Shown piece by piece: positions 9,615-18,579 of a DNA stretch of 20,000 bases. This stretch comes from Lama guanicoe. Taxonomy: Eukaryota. Below the pieces are notes generated by a model that saw only the letters and a list, made by a program, of their open reading frames with translations, was not told the DNA's origin and ran no database searches. The stretch spans positions 3,820,463 through 3,840,462 of the forward strand of contig MU053873.1 in assembly GCA_013239625.1 (NCBI GenBank). Reading direction: 5' to 3'. The translations under genes were made by a program, and so were the position numbers. Position 1 is the first letter of the stretch, and every line of letters starts with the position of its first letter.

Positions 9615-10664
9615 TGGTCATATGGTCATACGGTCATTCTCTGTTTAACATTTTGAGGAACCTCCCCTATTCTTTTCCATAGTGTCTGCACCATTTTGCG
9701 TTCCTGCCACTAATGTAAGAGGCTATCAATTTTCCCACATCCTTGCCAAAACCTATTTTCCTTTCTTAAGATTACAGTCATCCTAGTGGGTGTGAAGTGG
9801 TATCTCATTGTGATTTTGAATTGCATTTCCCTGATGACTAATGATGTTGAACATCTTTTCGTACGCTTGTGAGCCACTTGTGTAACTCCTTTGGAGAAGT
9901 TCTATTCCAGGCTTTTGCTCATTTTAAAACTGAATTATTTGTCTTCTTATTGGTGAGTTATACAAATGATGTATTTTGGATAGCAGACTCTGATGACATA
10001 TACAGTTTGCAAATGTCTTCTCCCATTCTGCGTCTTTTCTCTTTTTGATAGTGGCCTATCGAGATAGTGCAAAAAAGTTTTACAGAGTCCAGTTTATGTG
10101 TTTTTTCTTTTGTTGCTTGTGCTTTTGTTGTCATATCTAAGCTATCATTTCCAAAACCAATGTTACGACTATTTGCCTCTATATTTTCTTCTAAGGGTTT
10201 TATAATTACAGCTCTTACATGTGTCTCCAATACATTTTGAGTTAATTTTATATACGGTGTGAGGTAAGGGTCCAACTTCATTTGCATGTGGCTATTCAGT
10301 TGTTCTGGGACCATTTCTTCATTGAATGTTTCCCCCATTGGATGGTCTGGGCAGCCTCTTGAAAATCAGTTGATCATAGACGTATGGGCTCATTTCTGGA
10401 CCCTTCATTTTATTCAATTGCTCTCTATAGCCATCCTCATTCCAGTACCTCCATTTTGGTAGCTGTAGGGAACTGTGAGTCTTTCCAATTTTGTTCTTCC
10501 TTTTCCAAGACTGTTTTGGCTCTTTGGGAGCTCTTGAAGTTCCATATGAATTTTCGGATCAGTTTTTCCACTTCTGCAAAAATGGTGTCGGAATTTCCCT
10601 AAGGATTGCCTTGAATCTGTAGACAGTTTGGGGGAACATTGCCAAAGTTTATAAAGCGGCTTCA

Positions 10665-10790
10665 CAGTCCTCATGGATCCTCACATTGTCCTTGTGAGGC
10701 AAGCGTTACAATCAGTGTGTTTCCCACTCTACACACAAGGAAATGGAAGTCAATGAATTAGGGTAACAGAGCCCAAAGGCTGACTGCCAG
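10665..10790 (-). mobile_element. MIR SINE fragment
   Basis: 'ctcatggatcctcacattgtccttgtgaggcaag..tcccactctacacacaaggaaatggaagtc' resembles reverse MIR. Confidence 0.55.
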
Positions 10791-10955
10791 GAGGCAGCAG
10801 ATCCAGGGAGGGCACGAAAAGCAAAAGGAATAACACACGCAGGGCTCAGAGGTGACAACCAGTAAGATGTATTTGTCAAACTGCACATTCAGTAAATTGA
10901 GTGTCCGCGTGGAGAATATTGAGGTGGCTGAGAAAGCTCTGGGGTCCACTAAGGG

Positions 10956-11180
10956 AGGCAGCATACCATAGTGGTTAAGACCACAGGCTCTGGTTGGACA
11001 TACACACGACTGAACTTCAACTCAGCTACTCACCAGCTGTGTGACCTTGATCATATCCTTTAACCTTTCTGAACTTCACTTCCCACATTTATAAAACAGG
11101 GCAATAATGATCAATATAAACTTGTGAGAATGCAGTGGATGCCAAGTGCTATTTTTGGCAGCCGAAGATGCTCAAGAAAT
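10956..11180 (+). mobile_element. MIR SINE
   Basis: 'gaggcagcataccatagtggttaagaccacaggctctgg..cagctgtgtgaccttg..ttaacctttctgaacttcacttcccacatttataaaacaggg' matches the MIR 5' end and core. Confidence 0.85.
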
Positions 11181-11204
11181 AATGGTCTCTAGTCTGCAGA
11201 CTTC

Positions 11205-11322
11205 AAAATCTGATTGGCTTAGCCTAGCCAACGAACTGACTCTATCCTGGGTCAGGTGAGCACGTCTGCTCCAGGCAGCTGTAGCCAGAGGGCTGAAGCT
11301 ATGTGGTGTAAACATCGCTATG
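11205..11322. mobile_element. Old MLT1-like LTR fragment
   Basis: 'aatctgattggcttagcc..tgggtcaggtgagcac..cagctgtagccagaggg' resembles an MLT1J/K segment. Confidence 0.4.
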
Positions 11323-11459
11323 GAAGAATGAAGAGTATGCAGCTCAGGGTGTGTGGCTACGCATGAGGCCAGAGTAGGTGGGAGAGAAAAGGGTTCCTCC
11401 CCGATGACCCATGAGGGCTCCAGGATGTCCCCGCTCAGGTGGTCCTGGTTCCTGTTTCA

Positions 11460-11600
11460 CAGCCATTGCCCTCTGAACATCATTCCTTATTCTGTAAGCC
11501 TCAGTTTTCTCACCTGGAAAATGGGGGAGGTGTTCATTCTACTTGTCTATGTCCCAGGGCACCTGTGAGGATCAGAATCAAATGACATCGTGTTTGTGGA
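11460..11600 (+). mobile_element. MIR SINE fragment
   Basis: 'tctgtaagcctcagttttctcacctggaaaatgggg..cagggcacctgtgaggatca' matches the MIR core. Confidence 0.7.
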
Positions 11601-13210
11601 GACCTGGGTGTAAAAGCCACCTACGTACACACGATCGTTAATTTACTGAGGAAGTTACCGAGCTGCCAACACAGATACTAGTCAAAGCTCTTGGGACAGA
11701 AAAGACACTCACTCTGAGTCACTTAAGTTGATGGGAAGATCTGGGTGGAATTTTATAGAAAACAAGGGCAAGTGGAACAGCACCTCTGGCTGTGTGAGGG
11801 TTGATTTTCTCTTCCTGTGTGGGGCTCTTTTTTTCCTCTGCCGATACGTCTCTGTCTTTACTGCTGTGTGGGAGGGAGACTTGCTGTGAACCGTGCACTC
11901 TTTCCAGCTGCGTGCTTGGAAACAATTGCTATGAACGTATGTTACCTTTTCACAAAATAGAAAATACTAAAGATAATAATAAACATTATGGGGTGGGGTC
12001 TCAGACGGAACCGGAAGCACCTACCTGTTCTGTGAATCTTGCCTCCTTGTGAATCTGCGCCTTCTCCAGGAAGCCCGGTTTCTTCTTTTGGAGAGCGGGA
12101 TCAGAACCCAAGATCTGGGCACTAGGAGTCTCCCATCTGGCCTCATCCTGCCTCCTTTTCTCCACATTCCCTTCGAGGCTTTGGGTTTCCAGTGTCCTGC
12201 AGGAAAGCAGAAATTGAGAGATAGGTTTGTGTTAGAAACCTAGCGCAGAGCAGAGCAGAAGCAGGGTCTGGGATGCAGGAACCCAAGCCCAAGCTGCTTC
12301 TTAAGCAAACGATTCTTTCAGATCAGCTGTTGCTTCCTAGACTCTGGGAGTGTGGATCCTGAACGAGAGGAAAGTGAGCTGCTTGATGGCCGGCTAGTTC
12401 TCTGTCCAACAAAGTCCTGGGCAGTGACGAGGGGACATAGTGGCAAGGCTGCACCTCGCTGTGCCCCCGGCAGAAGCACAGCCACCAGGACTAAAGGCAG
12501 GAGGCTACATGTAAACACAGCCTTGTTTTGGTGTCACCGGGCCCTCTACTTGCGACAAGGGGGCTCTGCCTGGTGGCGCCTCTGGGTTCTGTCTTCAGGG
12601 AGGGGCAGCCATGTCTGCAAACTCGGGGTAATTCTTAGTGCTGGGTCCCGTGGTCACCATGAGGGTGCTTGGGCGAGGGGGGCCCCAGGTGTTCAGGCCC
12701 ACGCTTCCCCCCATAGCAATTTGTGGTGCTTGGGACCCCACTCATCTCTGCTGTAATAGTGAGTGCTACAAAGGGGCAGCTCAGATCTGGGGAAAGAAAA
12801 CCCTGCAAGAAGTACCATCACATACTCAATAATCTCATCACCAGGGGACCCACGTCATTGACAGTTGGATGTACTGCCTTGATGGCTTATTCCCAGGGAA
12901 GCCCCCCTCACTCTGCCCCACTCTTCACAGGAAAGAAGGAGTCCTTAAGAATTCTTGGGCTGAAAGTGTTCTCTCAACAACTTAACTTTGAAGCGCAAAA
13001 GACAGTTTGGGGAAGATACGTGCGCCTTAAACGATCTCAAGTAATGTGGGATTTGAAGGCTCAAAGAGGTGACGCTATGAAATCAGGAAAACAAATGGTA
13101 AGGAAATTAAACTCAGATTGAGCGATTACTCCTCAGTAGACAACCTTCCACTCACACGTGCGCGTGGCGCTGTGTAAAAGCGGACTTACGGCCATTTTAA
13201 AGAGGGATCC

Positions 13211-13238
13211 CACAGTGATACTGTGGCGGTCACAAACC
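13211..13238 (+). other. Isolated (cryptic) 12-bp-spacer recombination signal sequence-like motif
   Basis: CACAGTG (perfect heptamer), ATACTGTGGCGG (exactly 12 nt), TCACAAACC (7/9 match to ACAAAAACC). No V, D or J coding segment recognised next to it. Confidence 0.45.
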
Positions 13239-13519
13239 TCCACCTACAGTATTAATTTTTTAAATGTCCTCATGCCCCAAGAATGCCTCGCTGTGTTTTG
13301 TCACACACTTCACGATTCAAAAAGCTTTGTGTTTCTTTCCACATAGATGGAAGAGAAGGCGCTTGGCCCTGGGAAATTGGATTTTAAAAAAAGATTTAAA
13401 AATTGTTTTGGACGTGAGAAAAAAAAACCTGCATGGATATTAGAGACAATTGTAAAGAATTTGAATAAAAGGAATTTTACGTAGGCTAATTGATCATTGT
13501 CATTATCAAAGAGACAACA

Positions 13520-13533
13520 GCGCCACCTAATGG
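13520..13533 (-). promoter_or_regulatory. CTCF motif (reverse orientation)
   Basis: Reverse complement CCATTAGGTGGCGC is a 13/14 match to CCASYAGRKGGCRS, followed by TG. Confidence 0.6.
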
Positions 13534-13676
13534 CTCTTTATCCGGAGTACAGACAAGCGGCTTCCATGCATGTGTCCCGAGGCAATGAACCAGAACCTGG
13601 TGCCATGGTCAAGGCTGAGGCAGAAGCAGAGAGAAATGCCATAAATATTCATGTGATTGTAAATAAAGCTGGATCC

Positions 13677-14712
13677 CTAGGCAAAAGCTACAGGGGCTTG
13701 GCAATGATTTCTTGGATGTAACACCAAAAGCACAGGCCACCAAAGAAAAACAGATAAATGGACATCAAAATTAAACACGTGTGTGCATCAGAGGACACAA
13801 TCAACAGGGTGAAAAAGGCACCCTGAGGAATGGGAGAGAATATTTGCCAATCATTCGAAGGGGTTAATATCCAGGATATATAAGGAGCTCATAACTCGGT
13901 GGCATAAAACTGACGTCACCATTCAAAAATGGGCAAAGGAGTTGAATAAATGTCTTCCCAAAGAGATATCAAAATGGCCAACAAGCAAGTGAAAAGATGC
14001 TCAATGTTACTAATCATTAGTGATTACTAATCACTAATCATCACACAAATCAGAACTTGAGTGAGACGCCACCTCACATCCATCAGAATGGTTACTGTCA
14101 ACAAAACAAAGACGAGTGTGGTAGAGGACGGGGAGAAATCGGAAACTTTGTGCAGTGTTGGTGGGAATGTAAAATGCTGCGGCCACTGTGGAACACAGTG
14201 TGGTGGTCACCACAAGATTTCAAATAGAATTACCACATGAGCCAGCAACTTCGCTTCTGGGTGTACACCCAAAAGAATTGAAAGCAAGACCTCGAAGAGG
14301 TATTTGCACACCCATGTTCAGAGCAGCATTATTTACTGTAGCCAGTACATGGAAGTGACATATATCCATTGACAGATGAATGAATAAAGAAAATGTTGTA
14401 TATATGTATGTGTGTGCATATATATAGTGAAATAATATTCAGTCTTTAAGTAAAATAAATTCTGATACATGCTACACTGTGGATAAACCTTCAAGACATT
14501 ATGTAAGTGAAATGATCTACGCACAAAAAGACAAACATTATATGATTCTACTTTGATGAGTTCCCTAGAGTGGTTCAAATTCTTATATACAGTAGAATGA
14601 TGGTTATCAGATGGTTATCGGTTTTGCTGGATGAAGAGAGTTTTGGAGATTGTGAATGTACATGACTGAAGGTACATTTTGTGTTATGTGGATTTTAGCA
14701 CAATTTGAAAAC
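13677..14712 (+). mobile_element. L1MB-type LINE-1, ORF2 3' end plus 3' UTR
   Basis: 'ttggcaatgatttcttggatgtaacaccaaaagcacaggc', 'aaaatgggcaaagga', 'tggtgggaatgtaaaatg', 'cacacccatgttcagagcagcattattt', and terminal 'attttgtgttatgtggattttagcacaattt'. Confidence 0.92.
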
Positions 14713-14983
14713 TTAAAAGCATCAGGACTACGAAAGAAAATGTAAACAACATTAAAAGTCAAGACATAGGCTGTAAGAAAAAACATTTGCAACTCATATG
14801 CAAATAAGAAGTTCACAGAATCTATATAAAGAACATCTATCTATAAATGACTTAGAGGTGGGAGGGTGTATATAGCAGGATCTCACGGGGTTTAAGGAGC
14901 TAATTCGAGAAGAGAGCCTGGCACACAGTGAGTGTGTGACCTGTTACAGCTATTGCACAGCTACGTCCAGTAGCCGTGCTACA

Positions 14984-15311
14984 NNNNNNNNNNNNNNNNN
15001 NNNNNNNNNNNNNNNNNNNNNNNNNNNNNNNNNNNNNNNNNNNNNNNNNNNNNNNNNNNNNNNNNNNNNNNNNNNNNNNNNNNNNNNNNNNNNNNNNNNN
15101 NNNNNNNNNNNNNNNNNNNNNNNNNNNNNNNNNNNNNNNNNNNNNNNNNNNNNNNNNNNNNNNNNNNNNNNNNNNNNNNNNNNNNNNNNNNNNNNNNNNN
15201 NNNNNNNNNNNNNNNNNNNNNNNNNNNNNNNNNNNNNNNNNNNNNNNNNNNNNNNNNNNNNNNNNNNNNNNNNNNNNNNNNNNNNNNNNNNNNNNNNNNN
15301 NNNNNNNNNNN
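14984..15311. other. Assembly gap (328 N)
   Basis: Run of N. Confidence 1.
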
Positions 15312-15432
15312 CGACGGAGGCCTCCCTCTGCCTGGGCGGCCCTGGGTGCCGGGTCTCTGGATCCTGTGGGCTCAGAGATTCCTGTCTGATGTTCTCCGTC
15401 TGCCCTGGGTCCAGCTCAGGGCACTGGCTCCG

Positions 15433-15525
15433 CTGCCCCCAACTCCCCAACACTCTCGAAAATTAAGACTGTGAATTAACTGCCCCCAACTCCCCAACAC
15501 TCTCGAAAATTAAGACTGTGAATTA
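15433..15525. repeat. Exact tandem duplication, period 47 bp
   Basis: ctgcccccaactccccaacactctcgaaaattaagactgtgaatta occurs at 15433-15478 and 15480-15525. Confidence 0.97.
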
Positions 15526-16899
15526 CCAGTGTGAAACCACGTTTTTTTCTGGTTCTGCATTTCGCTACTCCAAGGGCAGAGGTTATGTGGGGCGTGACTC
15601 CAGGCTTTTGTTTTCCACGTTTGTAAACAAATCAAACAATTCCCTTTGCAGTCCTGACGGGTCATGCATGAAATCGCGCACTTTGAGGCAGATCATACGT
15701 CTACACTGTAGACACACTGGTTTTCCGATAGAGTCCCCACGGATGGACGTGTGCTGGTGTCGTCCATGCCGTCAGCCCCGTTCACGGCCGGGGGGAGGTG
15801 CGCATGGGAAGTGAGAGTGATTCTGCAAGAGTTCAATGACTATTCATTCTGACAAGTGACAACCTTGACATGCACAGAGTGACTGTGTCCCGACTGCTGT
15901 CACCCCCAGAACATGGCCATGAGAGGCCAGACACGAAAGGACACATTCCCCGTCTTTGCGGATTTGCAGTTGGAAAGGGAGTCGCAAATCCCCACGGAGC
16001 CTTGAGCGGAGGTTCAAGAAGGGTCCCTGCTTACAGGGAGCTTCCCGCCTGCATGTGTCACGTGGCCGCGTCTGTGTTAAAAGCGGTGGACAAGCTGTCC
16101 GTTCACCGTTTCCTGGAGTAACCCAAGCAAAAGGTGAATCTGTGCAAATAGGAAGTACACTCTTTCTGCAGCCTTGGGACTGAGCACTCTGCCCACAGTT
16201 GGGGGGGTGGTATTCACTCAGAATGATTCTTACACACTGAGTCAACACTCAGACAACATTTGTGGGATTCATTAATTACTAAGTTCCTCTTACCCTCCTA
16301 TGTCACAACTACCATTTCTAGACAGCTGACAAGTAAAATCAAAATAAACAAACTGGACTCACCTCTTCTGCCTTTGACTCCTCTGTCCTCCACTGGCCTC
16401 CACCAGTGGCTCGGGTCTGGTGGGAAATGGACCCAGAAAAGACCTTGTATTGGCCCGGCCCCCTCCCCTCCCTAGTCACACCTCTCTAACTTAATCAGAC
16501 TTCGATTTAATTAAAACAGAGGGAGTAATCTATAAAGGAGTCCTCGGGTGGGTTAAGTTTTGCTGCATTCTTTGGTCATTGTAAAGACAGAGCCCAGCCC
16601 TCACGTATTATCGAATTAAGAAAAATTGAAAACCACACATCTCTAACTAAAAATTGTGGCCGGTGCCCTGCGAGGTGGGTGTTCAGTTTCTCACGGAAAA
16701 GCAAATGATGGTGGAAATATTTTATAGCCCTATCAGGACAAGTTTATACAGGAGGCAACCGTTGAGCTGGGCGTGGAGTTTTCGTGGAGTTTTGAAATCA
16801 AAACAGGCTCCTCTCCGGGCTCAAAGGAGGGCATGTGGTTTTCCATGAACGAGTGAAAACAACATAGGCTGTTCATTAATCCTGTGCCTTTAATTTGCA

Positions 16900-17500
16900 G
16901 GGAATACGGGAACCCTAACGACCGCGCGAATGGGCGCGTGCACAGGAGCTCCACCAGGGGGCGCAAGGACAACGTTCTGTATCTGCGGAAGGAGGGACGC
17001 GTTTGTTGGCAGCGCTCCCAGCAACCGTGCTGCTGAGCGTCTTGCCTGGCGGCGGGGATGGCTGGACGCTGAGCCCAGGAAGAAGACACTCATGGTTTCG
17101 GGGGAAATCACACAGAGGGCAAGGAGCTGACGTCTTGGAGCAATGATGGGGCAGGCCCGGCAGTTTCGTCCCCGCAGTGAATCCACGTATGGCCCGAGGC
17201 CGACCCTGGGAGGCCCAGTCCCCAGCCGAGGGGTCCCGCCAGGCAGCCGCGTGACCACAGGGAGGCGGACTCCGGTGATGGAAGTGGAGGGTGGAACCTC
17301 AGAGAACCGGGTCCAGGACTCGTGGGGTCTGTGCGGGAGTGTCCACGATTCTGTGGCACCTGGTGGCAGGCTGACGGGAGGCTGGGGCTGAGGCGCTGAC
17401 AGATCTCAGCTGCACGGAGCCAGGGACGACGACCCAGGCAGTGGGTGGCTGTGAGGTCGGCACCGGGGACAGGAGCATCGGACAGCTGGTGCGCCAAGCT
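16900..17500. promoter_or_regulatory. CpG-rich, GC-rich non-repeat block (orphan CpG island candidate)
   Basis: Dense CpGs (accgcgcgaatgggcgcgtg, ggcggcgggg, cccgaggccgacc, gccgcgtg, gacgacgac), with an abrupt drop to AT-rich sequence after about 17500. Confidence 0.6.
16951..16964 (+). promoter_or_regulatory. CTCF motif (forward orientation), perfect core
   Basis: CCACCAGGGGGCGC equals the canonical CTCF core consensus. Confidence 0.75.
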
Positions 17501-17753
17501 TTCAGATTTTGCTTGCTGTTTTATCTTGTTACCTTTGTGAGTGTTGAAACTATTGATGGCGTCATCACGTAAAATTCAGTATGGATAACGTTAGGTTTGT
17601 TTTACCAATAATCCAACCTGCCTTGTTTTTAGTCTTTTAAGTTATGTACATATTATTTTGGTAATGTTATTTAAGAAATAAAGATTCCAAGTTGTTACAT
17701 TTTTAAACATTGTTGAATATTTTTAAATTCACACTTTTAGAAGTTTCTTTTAA

Positions 17754-17881
17754 AAACTTTTTTGGGGGGGGTAATTAGATGGGTTTTTTTCTCCTTTCTT
17801 TTAATGGAGGTACTGGGGATTGAACCCAGGATCTTGTGCAGGCTAGGCACACACTCTACCACTGAGGTACACCCTCCCCCC
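17754..17881 (-). mobile_element. Camelid tRNA-derived SINE (Vic-1-like) with target-site duplication
   Basis: Reverse complement is ggggggagggtgtacctcagtggtagag..gatcctgggttcaatccccagtacctcc..ctaattacccccccc plus an A-tail. It has a Pol III A box (tacctcagtgg) and B box (ggttcaatcc). Flanks are tagaagtttcttttaa (17738-17753) and tagaagtttttttaa (17882-17896). Confidence 0.9.
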
Positions 17882-18114
17882 TAGAAGTTTTTTTAAGTAT
17901 TTGCCAATCTCACAATGTATTGCTGTTGACAAGTGTTCATTGTTTACTGATGTTCCTTTGACCTCAAGGAAGAGGTTTATGTCATAAAATTAAATCTAGA
18001 CAGTCTACTTCATTGTTTCATGTATATATATATATTTAGTACATTATATGTAAATATATAAGTACAATATAAATATAACATTAGATACCTATCTTTGTAA
18101 ATATTTCATGCTCG

Positions 18115-18579
18115 TTTTTTTTCTGTTGAAGTTTTGTTGATTTACAATGTTGTGTTAATTTCTGGTGTACAGCAGGTAATTCAGTTACACATATATTCTT
18201 TTTCATGCCTTTTTTCCATTATAGTTTATTACAAGCTATTGAATGTAGTTCCCTGTGCTATACATTAGGACCTTGTATATTTTATATATAGTAGTTTGTC
18301 TCTGCTAGTCCCAAATTCTGAATTTGTCCGTACCCCTGTCTCCTTTGGTAACTATACGTTTGCTTTCTATGTCTAGGAGTCTCTGTTTTGTAAATAAGTT
18401 CATTTCTCTATTTTTATTAGATTTCATATATGTCATATCATAAGATATTTCTCTTTCTCTGTCTGACTTACTTCACTTAGTCTGATCATCTCTGGGTCCA
18501 TCCCCGTTGCTGCAGTGGCATTATTTCATCCTTTTCTGTGGCTGCATAATATTCCATTGTGCATATATACCACTTCTTC
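18115..18579 (-). mobile_element. Cetartiodactyl-lineage L1 3' UTR, 5'-truncated
   Basis: Poly-T start, then 'gttgatttacaatgttgtgttaatttctggtgtacagca', 'agttccctgtgctataca', 'tctgtctgacttacttcacttag' and 'aatattccattgtg'. Confidence 0.9.

Larger units (their letters stand above)
8610..10645 (-). mobile_element. L1MB-type LINE-1 (3' UTR plus decayed ORF2 end), interrupted by an MLT1A LTR at 9175-9614
   Basis: Reverse L1MB 3' end at 8610 (ttgccattctaaccattttaaagtggacaattcagtgacatttagta). Minus-strand ORF 9958-10338 gives 'MKLDPYLTPYIK..IIKPLEENI..IGFGNDSLDMTTKAQATKEK', recognisable L1 ORF2p C-terminal sequence. The L1 text 'gtaattgctggg|..tcatatggt' resumes across the insert. Confidence 0.92.

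Noticed and set aside
9958..10674. ORFs with L1 ORF2p similarity as a functional CDS
   Set aside because: Frameshifted and deleted remnants of an old L1, with no endonuclease or reverse transcriptase domains.
13207..13226. CAGUGA as an iron-responsive element loop
   Set aside because: The five bases either side of CAGUGA (tccca / tactg) do not pair.
13190..13243. 54-nt minus-strand micro-exon (ctgtag|..GCC|gtaagt)
   Set aside because: The donor is good but the acceptor has no polypyrimidine tract (aaaaattaatactgtag), and the translations are unrecognisable.
8610..14712. Two oppositely oriented L1MB copies as one twin-primed or inverted element
   Set aside because: Both cover the same ORF2-end and 3' UTR segment and lie 3 kb apart, so they are independent insertions.
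14936..15466. ORFs spanning the second gap
   Set aside because: N-run artefact.
15433..15525. Direct repeat as a CRISPR-like array
   Set aside because: Only two abutting copies, no spacers, and a mammalian context.
17790..17881. tRNA gene
   Set aside because: The A and B boxes belong to a SINE with a tail and target-site duplication.
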